Assembly (NCBI GenBank): GCA_964187785.1
Contig: OZ076410.1
Span: 310,001-374,000, forward strand
Origin: Amphiscolops sp. MND2022
Taxonomy: Eukaryota
DNA: 64,000 bases
Direction: 5' to 3'
How positions within the stretch are numbered: the first letter of the stretch is position 1; each line of letters begins with the position of its first letter. A program made the translations under genes and the position numbers. The notes beneath the pieces were generated by a model. That model made no database searches, was not told where the DNA came from, and saw only the letters and a list, made by a program, of their open reading frames with translations. This document shows, one piece after another, positions 1 to 12,160 of this stretch.

Positions 1-1436
1 TAGCTCCAAATTAAATCCGCTGATGGATTTAACGAAATCGTTCAGTCAAATTGGGTTCATCGTTGAATCCGCTGATGGACTAACGATGAACTTTATGAAA
101 GTGTTGTCACGACTACAAGTCCTGAGGCGGGGAGCTAGTAGAAGTTACACATCTCATTACTTTCAATATCTCTCGGTCCAGTCTGACCGGAAAACTTCTC
201 TCCCTTGTCGTGACAAACCAATATTTATGAAATATAGCACATTCAAGGCCATTTGGCAAGATCATTTATGCGGACACCGGAACTAGAGCGCTCAGTATTA
301 AGTAAATATATATAACTCAAACTCATGGGGGGAATGGGGATTAAGTATAAGTAACGTAGGGTTGCTCACAACCATAGATCTTATTATATGACATCATATT
401 GCCCATATCTAAGTACATAAGACATAATATTTACATTACAGATATTTAGTAATCTATTTTTCCATCATGCTGGCATGACACTGACCATACACTGGACCAT
501 ATATTGTTCAGTTTATGATAAACATGTTACCATATATGGCACATATAATGACCAACATGGTTTTATTGAACATTTTAGGCTCACCATAGACTGGACCATA
601 TGAGGTTCGGTTCATGATCCGCCTGGTTCCATAAATAGAAAATTAGCATAACTTACTAGGAATTACTAGATAATCCTCAATCAAAGTTCCAGTAAAATCA
701 TCAAACTGAAAACAAGGTCACAATCATCAATTTTTGACAGCTTTTGCTGCAAAATTGGTGAATGTTCCCAAAAGAACCAAATAACACTGGAAAATGGGTA
801 CTGCTGTAACAAAAGAGTGTTTGATTAACTAAAGGAGTGGTTAAGAACAAATGGTGTGGATATAATTTGTCGTTAAATGCGGTACGAGTTTTACGGAGTT
901 GAGTCCTGCAATGTAACGTTCGAGTTTATAGTTCCAGGCTGACCATACTCTGACTCATATATGATTCCAGATTGATAATGGTAACATCATAGGAAAAATT
1001 TATGATTTGTATGGTGTCATATATAATCAGAGTATGATCAATCTGGTCGGGAAACCCGGGTTCCACAAAAAATTTTGTCTTTGTCAACTTGTCGAAATGA
1101 TGACTGGTGATTTGAAATTGCCTACTACTGGCGGTGGTCACTGATGGTTTGCGGTGGACGGATGTTAACAGGGTACTCTGACCTGTAAACACAAAGTAGA
1201 CGTAGTACTAGATATTCGATAGCTTGTTAATGCATCGAGAAATTAATTTCTGTTGAGACCGCAAGCCGAGACTGAAATGATTTTCGAGATGCGTGAACAA
1301 GCCATCAAAAAATCATTTTGAGCGAAACTTTTGTCTGAACAAACTTTCTAAACAGTGCATTAACAATTTGTTAACGCGCTGTTTTGTCTGTTAATGCACT
1401 GTTTATAGCTAAATCTGTTAATGCATAGTTAAGTTA

Positions 1437-2307
1437 GGTGCCTATTCAATTCGTCGAACATTCAAATCGTCGAAAAATAAAAAGCTATTCAATGCGTCGA
1501 AAGAATTCCATATCAGCGATTAATTTCATTTGGTTATATTTTGTAGCGATTAGCATATTTGTTGTATGGCTCGGTCGCTTCGCTCCCTTCGCCAAGTAGC
1601 AATATTGAGGCATGGCCATATGGCACGTCGCTCCGCTTCGCTTCGCTCCTGCATTTAGGGCACTAGGAGTATGTGAACATATCTAACTACGTTATCGTAA
1701 TTTTGAATGCTCGAATTTGATTGGCCGAAATCAATTCATTCCATTACGTCATATATTGCTCGCTAAAGTAATACGTGTTCGACGGGTACCGTGCAATTGG
1801 CCGACTGTTCAATTGGAAGAATGTGCAACTAGCCGAATGCGTGAATAGAAAATTACGATAACGTAGTCAGATATGTTCACATACTCCTAGTGCCCTAAAT
1901 GCAGGAGCGAAGAGAAGCGGAGCGACGTGCCATACGGCCATGCCTCAATGTTGCTACTTGGCGAAGGGAGCGAAGCGACCGAGCCATACAACAAATATGC
2001 TAACCACTTCAAATAACAACCTGAAATAATCGCTGATATGGAATTTTTCGACGCGTTTTTCGAACGTGGTTTATTTTCCGACAAGATTATGAAATTTCCG
2101 AAACCGTCTCGTATTTCCATTAACCAATCAAATTCTCCGACAAGATGATGAAATTACCGAAACCGTCTCGTATTTCCATTAACCAATCAAATTCAATTTC
2201 ATCATTCAATCAGTCGGTCAGTTGCGCTTTCGTTCAGTTGATCAGTCGGCCAGTTGAAGTAGACTCGTGTTCGACGTATTGAATATTCGACGAATTGAAC
2301 AGTCCCC
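1437..2307. mobile_element. MITE family A (MULE-like, 9-bp TSD), long copy with internal inverted duplication
   Basis: TSD GTTAAGTTA at 1428-1436 and 2308-2316. Imperfect TIRs GGTGCCTATTCAATTCGTCGAA / GGGGACTGTTCAATTCGTCGAA. Homologous to 52851-53257. Confidence 0.8.
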
Positions 2308-2439
2308 GTTAAGTTAACCAATTGACTGTTCACGCACAAGTGTGGCTTAATAACCATGAATGAATGTGATGAGTTTGGTGGCGAACTACTCGCTGCAGTT
2401 TTGTTTGTCTGTTTCAGTCAGCACATTATAGCAGCAGAC

Positions 2440-2638
2440 ATGTTCAGTGAGGGCAGAGAGATTCAGTCCATGATGAATGTGTCGCCCCCTTCCTCCTTCA
2501 ACGTGAATGTGTCTCCCTCTCCCTCGCCCTTAGGGGGGTGTGGCTCAGGGGCGGATGACTCATCAGCAGCCAGCGTGTCCCCCATCGACGTCTTCTTCCC
2601 CATAGCCCAGTTCATCATCAGTGTGATCGGACTCATAG
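2440..2638 (+). CDS. Class A GPCR, exon 1 (N-terminus and TM1)
   Basis: MFSEGREIQSMMNVSPP...FFPIAQFIISVIGLI-G. Two NVS glycosylation sequons, hydrophobic TM1, donor AG|GTACGC at 2639 (phase 1). The start could instead be ATG 2470. Confidence 0.8.
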
Positions 2639-2709
2639 GTACGCAAACACCACCCGACCGACATTCATTAGTTGTATACGAAATCGCGATCGAGATCAGC
2701 TATACAGTT

Positions 2710-3045
2710 AAAATGAGCCTTTTTAAAGGCAGATCATCAGAAATTACCCTTTTTTCCGTACTAAAAGCTAACAATATAAAAATCAATGAACAACTTTTTC
2801 CAATGAAAAATTCATTAGCCAAGTCATGTTCATGAAAAAATAACTATAAAATGAATTATTTATCAGTCAAAGAATTTGTTGATAAATATGGGTTAAGAGA
2901 TGAAGCAAATTCTGATGTAAAGATAACAGAAATCCTTATACAAAATTTTTCTTTGAAAAAACTTGTTCATTGATTTTTATATTGGTGATTTTTAGTAGTG
3001 AAAAAAGGTTGATTTTTAATGATTTGCCCTAAAAAGGGCTTTTTT
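2710..3045. repeat. Imperfect inverted repeat (~105-bp arms, ~130-bp spacer), foldback/MITE-like
   Basis: 2710-2815 is the diverged reverse complement of 2943-3045 (e.g. ATATAAAAATCAATGAACAA / TTGTTCATTGATTTTTATAT). Confidence 0.65.
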
Positions 3046-5920
3046 ATTTGTTTATCTGATCTGGATCGGGAATTGGTATACAACTTCCATTTCAATTACC
3101 GTAGGAGCAAACGACAAAAACGAAATTAGTCCCATTTAACATAGAAATGGAATTAGTTTCATATAACATAAAAATTGAACTAAATACCCAATTAAACAAT
3201 CGAACTCACGAAAAGTTATCTGTAATTATCATACTTTTTTTAGTGAAACTTTTAAATTGTGAATGTTTTTGACCACTAAAAAATCTTATAAAAACTTTAT
3301 TTTTATGTTTCATGAGACTCATTTCGTTTTGATGTTATTTGAAGCTAATTTAGTTTTATATTTTATTTGCTCTTCTGTTATTTCGGAATCCACCATATAC
3401 TCGCCTCAGATCTACTACGTGAAGCATGAAAACGGAACGCATGAAAGTGTTCGAGCTCTCTAAGTTTCAAATATTTGTCAACAAATGTGTGAATACGAAT
3501 CTGAACATTGCAAATCAACTTGTCGTCACTTGTTTACTTTGTCAACTTTTCTTCGAAGCCAGGGAACGTTCACACATCAAAATGGTAAACGAATTGACGT
3601 GTAAAATTGCCTACACTTTTTTTAAAGGTTCGGATCATTTTCTGTTGAAGATTTTACGAAGTAATGAAAGGATGCTTGACAGAGAAAGTGAAGGATTCCC
3701 AGTGTTTACAAAGTTTACGATTTTGAGGAAGGAAGTTTTGTGCGTTCCGTTTTTTTTGGGTTCACCTAGTAATTCGTTGTTCTTTGTAAGCCTAGACACT
3801 AACTATCACTGCTACTGCTATCACTTCTTAGAACAAGCTGTGTACAACTCTTGAACGACGCTAGGTTTTGAACACTTCACCCCTATTCACTCTCGAAGTG
3901 ACCAAAAATGAGTCTAACCTCATTTCAACAAGCCGGGACCGGCCCATATCGGTCTTTTCCGACCTGAAACTCTTTTTCCAAAAAAGTCTCACAATTTTTA
4001 ATGATTTGCCCTTAAAAAGGGCTTTTTCATTTGTTTATCTGATCCGGATCGGGAATTGGTATACAACTTCCATTTCAATTACCGTAGGAGCAAACGACAA
4101 AACGAAATTAGTCCCATTTAACATAGAAATGGAATTAGTTTCATACAACATAAAAATTGAACTAAATACCCAGTTAAACAATCAAACTCAGGAAAAGTTA
4201 TCTGTATCTATCATACTTTTATCAGTGAATCTTTTAAATTGTGAATGTTTTTGACCACTAAAAAATCCTATGAAAACTTTATTTTTATGTTTCATGAGAC
4301 TCATTTCGTTTTGATGTTATTTGAAGCTAATTTAGTTTTATATTTCATTTGCTCTTCTGTTATTTCGGAATCCACCATATACTCGCCTCAGATCTACTAC
4401 GTGAAGCATGAAAACGGAACGCATGAAAGTGTTCGAGCTCTCTAAGTTTCAAATATTTGTCAACAAATGTGTGAATACGAATCTGAACATTGCAAATCAA
4501 CTTGTCGTCACTTATTTACTTTGTCAACTTTTCTTTGAAGCCAGGGAACGTTCACACATCAAAATAATAAACGAATTGACGTGTAAAATTGACTACACTT
4601 TTTTTAAAGTTTCGGATCATTTTCTATTGAAGATTTGATGAAGTAATGAAAGGATGCTTGATAGAGAAAGTGAAGGATTCCCAGTGTTTACAAAGTTTAC
4701 GATTTTGAGGAAGGAAGTTTTGTGCGTTCCGTTTTTTTTTGGGTTCACCTAGTAATTGGTTGTTCTTTGTAAGCCTAGACACTAACTGTCGCTGCTACTG
4801 CTATCACTTCTTAGAACAAGCTGTGTACAACTCTTGAACGACGCTAGGTTTTGAACACTTCACCCCTTTTCACTCTCGAAGTGACCAAAATTGAGTCTAA
4901 CCTCATTTCAACAAGTCGGGAACGGCCCATATCGGTCTATTGCGACCCGAAACTCTTTTTCGAAAAAGGTCTCACAATTTTTAATGATTTGCCCTTAAAA
5001 AGGGCTTTTTCATTTGTTTATCTGATCTGGATCGGGAATTGGTATACAACTTCCATTTCAATTACCGTAGGAGCAAACGACAAAAACGAAATTAGTCCCA
5101 TTTAACATTGAAATGGAACTAGTTTCATATGACATAAAAATTGAACTAAATACCCAGTTAAACAATCGAACTCAGGAAAAGTTATCTGTAATTATCATAC
5201 TTTTATCAGTGAATCTTTTATATTGTGAATGTTTTTGACCACTAAAAAATCTTGTTAAAACTTCATTTTTATATTTCATGAGACTCATTTCGTTTTGATG
5301 TTATTCGAAGCTAATTTAGTTTTATATTTTATTTGCTCTTCTGTTATTTCGGAATCCACCATATACTCGACCCAGATCTACTACGTGAAGCATGAAAACG
5401 GAACGCATGAAAGTGTTCGAGCTCTCTAAGTTTCAAATATTTGTCAACAAATGTGTGAATACGAATCTGAACATTTCAAATCAACTTGTCGTCACTTATT
5501 TACTTTGTCAACTTTTTTACGAAGCCAGGGAACGTTCACACATCAAAATGGTAAACGAATTGACGGGTAAAATTGACTACACTTTTTTTAAAGGTTCGGA
5601 TCATTTTCTGTTGAAAATTTGATGAAGTAATGAAAGGATGCTTGACAGAGAAAGTGAAGGATTCCCAGTGTCTACAAAGTTTACGATTTTGAGGAAGGAG
5701 TTTTTGTGCGTTCCATTTTTTTTGGGTTCACCTAGTAATTGGTTGTTCTTTGTAAGCCTAGACACTAACTATCACTGCTACTGCTATCACTTCTTAGAAC
5801 AAGCTATGTACAACTCTTGAACGACGCTAGGTTTTGAACACTTCACCCCTTTTCACTCTCGAAGTGACCAAAATTGAGTCTAACCTCATTTCAACAAGCC
5901 GGGACCGGCCCATATCGGGC
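3012..5920. repeat. Tandem triplication of a ~983-bp unit
   Basis: Unit starts ATTTTTAATGATTTGCCC at 3012, 3994 and 4977. The ORF-track peptides recur with the same period (3426/4408/5392). Confidence 0.95.
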
Positions 5921-6355
5921 CAAGTCGGAGCCATATCTAAGGCTCAAAAATAGCAAAAGGACTTCAAAGTGTCGATTATTCTCTTCTACAGCACCGAAAC
6001 TCTTTTTCGAAAAAAAGTCTCACAATGCCGAAAAAAACTGAAATGGAGGACCCTTTGGGATTTTTCAACATGCATTCTGTAGCAAAACTCCAAAAAAATG
6101 AAGGGGTACTCTTTGGTGGAAAAAATGTAAAAAAAGTCGCACAGTGCTGGACAAAGTCTAAAGGGTGGACCCTTTGGTCTTGTCCGGTATTGTATGTTAC
6201 GTTATTGTATGTATTATTGAAACCTTTTTGGTTCAGTTCCCTGGGCCAACAGGTAAAATTTGAAATTTTGAAGAAGTTTTGGTAGAACTATTTTGGTCAC
6301 TTCAGGTGGTCTTAAAAAAATCACTGAAATTCAGGAAAAGCGCCGACTGAAAAAG
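5893..6355 (+). mobile_element. Abundant interspersed repeat (ACAAG...GTCGG.GCCATATCTAAGGCTCAAAA family), copy
   Basis: Shared 5' motif, internal GGACCCTTTGGGATTT blocks, 3' end AAAGCGCCGACT plus A-run. Confidence 0.75.
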
Positions 6356-6964
6356 ACAGGCTGTACTCAAAACTGTCTGTAGCATCGTTTTAGAAATTTC
6401 ATTAATTTCTAAAGTTCAGTCAGAATTTAATATTAAAGGGGCCGACCATTGGTACGAATTCGTACCAGTTATTTTCTGCAATTTTCTGAACGAACCAGCT
6501 GACCGTATAATAAAGAAAACTCTTGAATAAGATTTTCAGACGAGACTACATAACACTGCGTGCCTTTTCACGGAATATTGACATGATGAATCCGAAATAA
6601 AGAGAACAGGACCAAAAAATCAAAAACGGAGCGCAGATTTTTGGTTTTGCGTTTCCGTTCATGATCATTTATTCCTCTGGTATCAAGGTTGGGTCAAAGT
6701 TGCCGTAGCATGTTTTTAGACATACTGAATTGCAAGCAGAGACACGAGGCGTGCAAAGTTCTGGCGCAAATTCCGAAACCCCAGCCCTGCAGTTCAAAAT
6801 TTGATTTGAAATGCCTAACTGTCTTCTTTTGAACGGGCAAAAAACGTTTGTCGGACTTGAAAATTTCTGAAGAAATTGCGGTTTAAAGTTTAAGCACCAG
6901 AATTTTGGATGAATCCCGGAATTTCCTGGTCCACTTAGGGTTAACCAAAAAAACTAAAGTTTTT

Positions 6965-7290
6965 TTATTGTGCTCGGGCTAGCATTTTAGTTGTTTTGTG
7001 TCCTAAGAAGAGTTTTAGCATCAATTATGGCAGATTTTGAGCTTTTCAATTATCGTCATGATAAAACGAAGCTATTGAAAGTGTGTAAAATGCAGTGAAT
7101 TTTTAGGATAAGTAATTTTATTCTGTTGGTTTTTGTGCTCGGGCTAGCATTTTAGTTTTTTTTGTGTCCTAAGAAGAGTTTTAGCATCAATTATGGCAGA
7201 TTTTGAGCTTTTCATTTATCGTCATGATAAAACAAAGCCATTGAAAGTGTGTAAAATGCAGTGAATTTTTAGGATAAGGTATTTTATTCT
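6965..7290. repeat. Two ~165-bp tandem units related to the adjacent satellite
   Basis: GTGCTCGGGCTAGC at 6970 and 7135. Shares the GCTATTGAAA.TGTAAAATGCAGTGAAT block with the 118-bp satellite. Confidence 0.85.
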
Positions 7291-9870
7291 GTTTTTCATT
7301 CGTCTTCATGCAACATTTTCGAAATTTCAAAAACTCAGTCAGAATTTAGGAAGGCTATTGAAAAGGTGTAAAATGCAGTAAAAATTGTGTGTTGTGTAAT
7401 TATATTCTGTTGTTTTTTCGTCTACATGCAACATTTTCGAAATTTCAAAAACTCAGTCAGAATTTAAGAAGGCTATTGAAAGGGTGTAAAGTGCAGTGAA
7501 TTTTGTGGGTTGAGTAATTTTATTCTGTTGTTTTTTCGTCTACATGCAACATTTTCGAAATTTCAAAAACTCAGTCAGAATTTAAGAAGGCTATTGAAAA
7601 GGTGTAAAATGCAGTGAATATTGTGAATTGAGTAATTATATTCTGTTGTTTTTTCGTCTACATGCAACTTTTTCGAAATTTCAAAAACTCAGTCAGAATT
7701 TAAGACGGCTATTGAAAGGGTAAAAAATGCAGTGAATTTTGTGGGTTGAGTAATTTTATTCTGTTTTTTTTTCGTCTACATGCAACATTTTCGAAATTTC
7801 AAAAACTCAGTCAGAATTTAAGAAGGCTATTGAAAAGGTGTAAAATGCAGTGATTATTGTGGGTTGAGTAATTTTATTCTGTTGTTTTTTCGTCTGCATG
7901 CAACATTTTCGAAATTTCAAAAACTCAGTCAGAATTTGAGAAGGCTATTGAAAAGGTGTAAAATGCAGTGAATATTGTGAATTGAGTAATTATATTTTGT
8001 TGTTTTTTCGTCTACATGCAACTTTTTCGAAATTTCAAAAACTCAGTCAGAATTTAAGAAGGCTATTGAAAGGGTGTAAAGTGCAGTGAATTTTGTGGGT
8101 TGAGTAATTTTATTCTGTTGTTTTTTCGTCTACATGCAACATTTTCGAAATTTCAAAAACTCAGTCAGAATTTAAGAAGGCTATTGAAAAGGTGTAAAAT
8201 GCAGTGAATATTGTGAATTGAGTAATTATATTCTGTTGTTTTTTCGTCTACATGCAACATTTTCGAAATTTCAAAAACTCAGTCAGAATTTAAGACGGCT
8301 ATTGAAAGGGTGTAAAATGCAGTGAATTTTGTGGGTTGAGTAATTTTATTCTGTTGTTTTTTCGTCTACACGCAACATTTTCGAAATTTCAAAAACTCAG
8401 TCAGAATTTAAGAAGGCTATTGAAAAGGTGTAAAATGCAGTGAATATTGTGGGTTGAGTTATTTTATTCTGTTGTTTTTTCGTCTACATGCAACATTTTC
8501 GAAATTTCAAAAACTCAGTCAGAATTTAAGAAGGCTATTGAAAGGATGTAAAATGCAGTGAATTTTGTGGGTTGAGTAATTTTATTCTGTTTTTCTTTCG
8601 TCTACATGCAACATTTTCGAAATTTCAAAGACTCAGTCAGAATTTAAGAAGGCTATTGAAAGGGTGTAAAATGCAGTGAATATTGTGGGTTGAGTAATTG
8701 TATTCTGTTGTTTTTTCGTCTGCATGCAACATTTTCGAAATTTCAAAAACTCAGTCAGAATTTAAGAAGGCTATTGAAAGGGTGTAAAATGCAGTGAATA
8801 TTGTGGGATGAGTAATTTTATTCTGTTGTTTTTTCGTCTACATGCAACATTTTCGAAATTTCATAAACTTCAGTCAGAACTTAAGAAGGCCATTAAAAGT
8901 GTGTAAAATGCAGTTAATAGTTTGGGATAATTAGTTTTGTTCTGTTTTTTGGGCTGCATGTAACATATTCGAATTTTCATAAATTTAAGTCTGAATTTAA
9001 GAAGGACATTGAAATTGTGTAAAATGCAGTGAATATTGTGGGACGGGTTTTTTTATTTTGTTGTTTTTCGTCTACATGCAACATTTTCGAAATTTCAAAA
9101 ACTCAGTCAGAATTTAAGAAGGCTATTGAAAAGGTGTAAAATGCAGTGAATATTGTGGGTTGAGTTATTTTATTCTGTTGTTTTTTCGTCTACATGCAAC
9201 ATTTTCGAAATTTCAAAAACTCAGTCAGAATTTAAGAAGGCTATTGAAAGGATGTAAAATGCAGTGAATTTTGTGGGTTGAGTAATTTTATTCTGTTTTT
9301 CTTTCGTCTACATGCAACATTTTCGAAATTTCAAAGACTCAGTCAGAATTTAAGAAGGCTATTGAAAGGGTGTAAAATGCAGTGAATATTGTGGGTTGAG
9401 TAATTTTATTCTGTTGTTTTTTCGTCTGCATGCAACATTTTCGAAACTTCAAAAACTCAGTCAGAATTTAAGAAGGCTATTGAAAGGGTGTAAAATGCAG
9501 TGAATATTGTGGGATGAGTAATTTTATTCTGTTGTTTTTTCGTCTACATGCAACATTTTCGAAATTTCATAAACTTCAGTCAGAACTTAAGAAGGCCATT
9601 AAAAGTGTGTAAAATGCAGTTAATAGTTTGGGATAATTAGTTTTGTTCTGTTTTTTGGGCTGCATGTAACATATCCGAATTTTCATAAATTTAAGTCTGA
9701 ATTTAAGAAGGACATTGAAATTGTGTAAAATGCAGTGAATATTGTGGGACGGGTTTTTTTATTTTGTTGTTTTTCGTCTACATGCAACATTTTCAAAATT
9801 TCGTAAACTTCAGTCAGAACTAAGGAAGGCCATTAAAATTGTGTAAAAAGCAGTGAATATTGTGGGATGA
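7290..9870. repeat. 118-bp satellite array (~22 copies) in GPCR intron 1
   Basis: Unit CAGTCAGAATTTAAGAAGGCTATTGAAAAGGTGTAAAATGCAGTGAA...TTTCAAAAACT. Period 118 (7451 to 7569). Confidence 0.97.
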
Positions 9871-9903
9871 GTGAGTGAGTGATTTTGGTTTGTGCTGCTG
9901 CAG

Positions 9904-10124
9904 GCAACAGTCAGATCTGTGTGTTCTACTTGAAGAAGCGGGACAAGACCCCCAGCGAATACATCATACTCAACCTGGGCTGTGTGGACTTCATCTACTG
10001 TCTGTGCAATGTGCTCTTCACCAGCTACAACAAGGCCGTCGAACTCTTCGTCTCCACAGATGACGATTGCGACCCCGCCGCACAAACCAGCCACACACAG
10101 AATGTGCTCACAGGCATCTACAAG
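9904..10124 (+). CDS. Class A GPCR, exon 2 (TM1 end, TM2, ECL1)
   Basis: Acceptor CTGCAG|GC completes the TM1 GN motif with exon 1. LNLGCVDF matches the TM2 LxxxD motif. The 3' end is probably the GC donor AAG|GCACGC; an alternative in-frame GT lies at 10164. Confidence 0.8.
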
Positions 10125-10176
10125 GCACGCGACCAGTGCAAAATACAACTACTGCTGAATTTTGTACGAAAAAAAA

Positions 10177-11134
10177 ACAAGACGAGAACGTCTAAAGTCG
10201 GCGCCATATCTAAGGCTCAAAAAGCGCAAAACATTTTTTTTGGAAAAAAACTTGAAACTTTTGGAAGCATTTTTTTCTTTAAAAAAAAGTCGCATAGTGC
10301 CGAAAAATGTAAAAGGGTGACCCTTCTGGATTTATTAACGTTTATTCCGTTGCAAAATATCAAAAACCTCAAAGGGGGGACCCTTTAGTCACGTCCGGTT
10401 TTCTAGGTTTCCTAAAATGAAAGGGAGGACCTTTTGGACTAAGCTTGCTTTGGCGGGACTTGGCCTTGGGTGGTCTCAGGATTGTTTCTAAAAAGTGGAC
10501 CGATCAGTGTGAGGATTGTAGTCTGAAGAAAAAACAAGACGAGAACGTCTAAAGTCGGCGCCATATCTAAGGCTCAAAAAGCGTAAAACACTTTTCGGAA
10601 AAAAATTGAAATTTTTGGAAGCGTTTTTTTCTTTCAAAAGAAGTCGCATAGTGCCGAAAAATGTAAAAGGGGGGACCCTTCTGGATTTATTAACAAACAT
10701 TCCGTTGCAAAATATCAAAAAACTCAAAGGGGGGACCCTTTGGGGACATTAAAAAATTTTCGAAAAAAAGTCGCAGTGCCGAAAAAAATCCAAAGGGGCG
10801 ACCCTTTGGGCACGTCCGGTTTTGTATGTTTCCTTAAAAAAGTAAAAAATGAAAGGGGGACCCTTTGGAGTAAAGTTTGCCTTGGGCGGACTTGGCCTCA
10901 GGTGCTCTGCTCAGGATTGTAAAAAGTGGACCGATCAGTGTGAGGATTGTAGTCTGAAGAAAAAAAAGGTCACTGCTATAGTCGGGCATTTTTCCTTAAA
11001 AGGAAAACGCGCCGACTAAAAACAGTCACTGCTGTAGTCGGGCATTTTTCCTTAAAAGGATAAAGCGCCGACTAAAAACAGTCACTGCTATAGTCGGGCA
11101 TTTTTCCTTAAAAGGATAAAGCGCCGCCTAAAAA
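10177..11134 (+). mobile_element. ACAAG family, two tandem copies with triplicated 56-bp 3' end
   Basis: Starts at 10177 and 10534. GTCACTGCT...CCGACTAAAAACA units at 10969, 11025 and 11081. Confidence 0.8.
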
Positions 11135-11229
11135 GAACTTACAACTTTTGTGTATGAAAGCAAATTTTTGGATCATGGTTTCCAAACTGTGAAAAACTGT
11201 TCGTGAACTATTCGTGAGAAAAATTGGGA

Positions 11230-12160
11230 CCATGAGTTCAATTCCCCTTCCCCAAGCGGCCGCAGGGGGGAAATAAGACAAAAGGTTCAAATACCATTAT
11301 GTCAACATCATTTGCGTTGGAATTTTGGTCAATAAAATAATTGATGTCGATGGTATGCGAAAAACTCGTCGAAAACAACTCGTCGGAAATACAGGGCGGT
11401 GAACTGGTCGAAAACTAACTGGTCGAATAATAATTGAGTGCAAACTCGTCGAATAATTACAAAATACAAACAAGGAGTATCGAGTCTAATTGTGCTAATT
11501 ATGGATTAATTGTCTTCAATTGATTTTCAGTTTCGCTCATATTATAGTTTTTGCTAGTTTTAAAATTGCTTGAAATATTTCATTTTTATAGTTAACAATG
11601 TAATACTTCATAATAAGATGGAACTTAATAACACAGTACGATGACAAAGTTAGCGGTATATTTGTCTGAGACTATTTTCAGTTCTTGCGACGAGTTTTCC
11701 GCCGGAGAATTTTCGGCGAGTTGCTTTTCAACCAGTTTTCCGCCTAGTATTTTTGGCCAGTTGCTTTCGGGGACTTCTTTTCGTCGAGTTATTTTCGACG
11801 AGTTTTCCTAGATTCGATGTCGACATAATCCTATTGACTACATTGACTGCTCATAAGATTTTATGATGGAGAAACTTTGTGTTGAAACAGAGGCCTTTTT
11901 ATACAATTTTAGTTTGTTCCAAGCGTGAACTTCTGCTATTTTGGACATATTTTTTGATATTATCAAAAAATTAGGGTAAAGTTTTTGCCTGAAGTGCCAA
12001 AACAGTTGCAGAGACAAACCCCTAGGTATATACATTTATATAATAATCTCTTGTCAAGGAAATATTTTTATTCGAAAACAAAATGTTTTCGTGTTAGGGC
12101 GGGGGTGAATTCACAATAAGGTGTACCTGGGGGGGGGGAGAATGGAACAAATGGCCCCAA
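11230..12160 (-). repeat. Interspersed repeat family H (hosts MITE insertions); other copies ~49080-49400 and ~52200-53450 on +
   Basis: Reverse-complement matches such as GGTACA(C/T)CTTATTG.GAATT.ACCCCC, TTTTTGATATTAT and ATTTCAACGCAAATTTTCTC. Confidence 0.7.
11352..11815. mobile_element. MITE family C (TSD 9 bp with one mismatch, or 8 bp perfect)
   Basis: Flanks GATGTCGAT (11343-11351) / GATGTCGAC (11816-11824). Inverted AAAACTCGTCGAAAA subterminal arrays. Empty site at 53305-53313 (- strand). Confidence 0.75.

Noticed and set aside
2356-2439. ORF-track N-terminal extension from ATG 2356 and read-through to 2835
   Set aside because: The upstream part contains an acceptor-like TTTCAG, and the downstream part lies past the donor in AT-rich repeat sequence.
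3263-5820. Recurrent ORFs (MFLTTKK, MKTERMK, MNTSPLF) in the 983-bp units
   Set aside because: Stops and frames differ between copies and there is no recognisable motif; by-products of the tandem repeat.
7290-9870. Satellite as a CRISPR-like array
   Set aside because: No unique spacers, 118-bp period, eukaryotic context.
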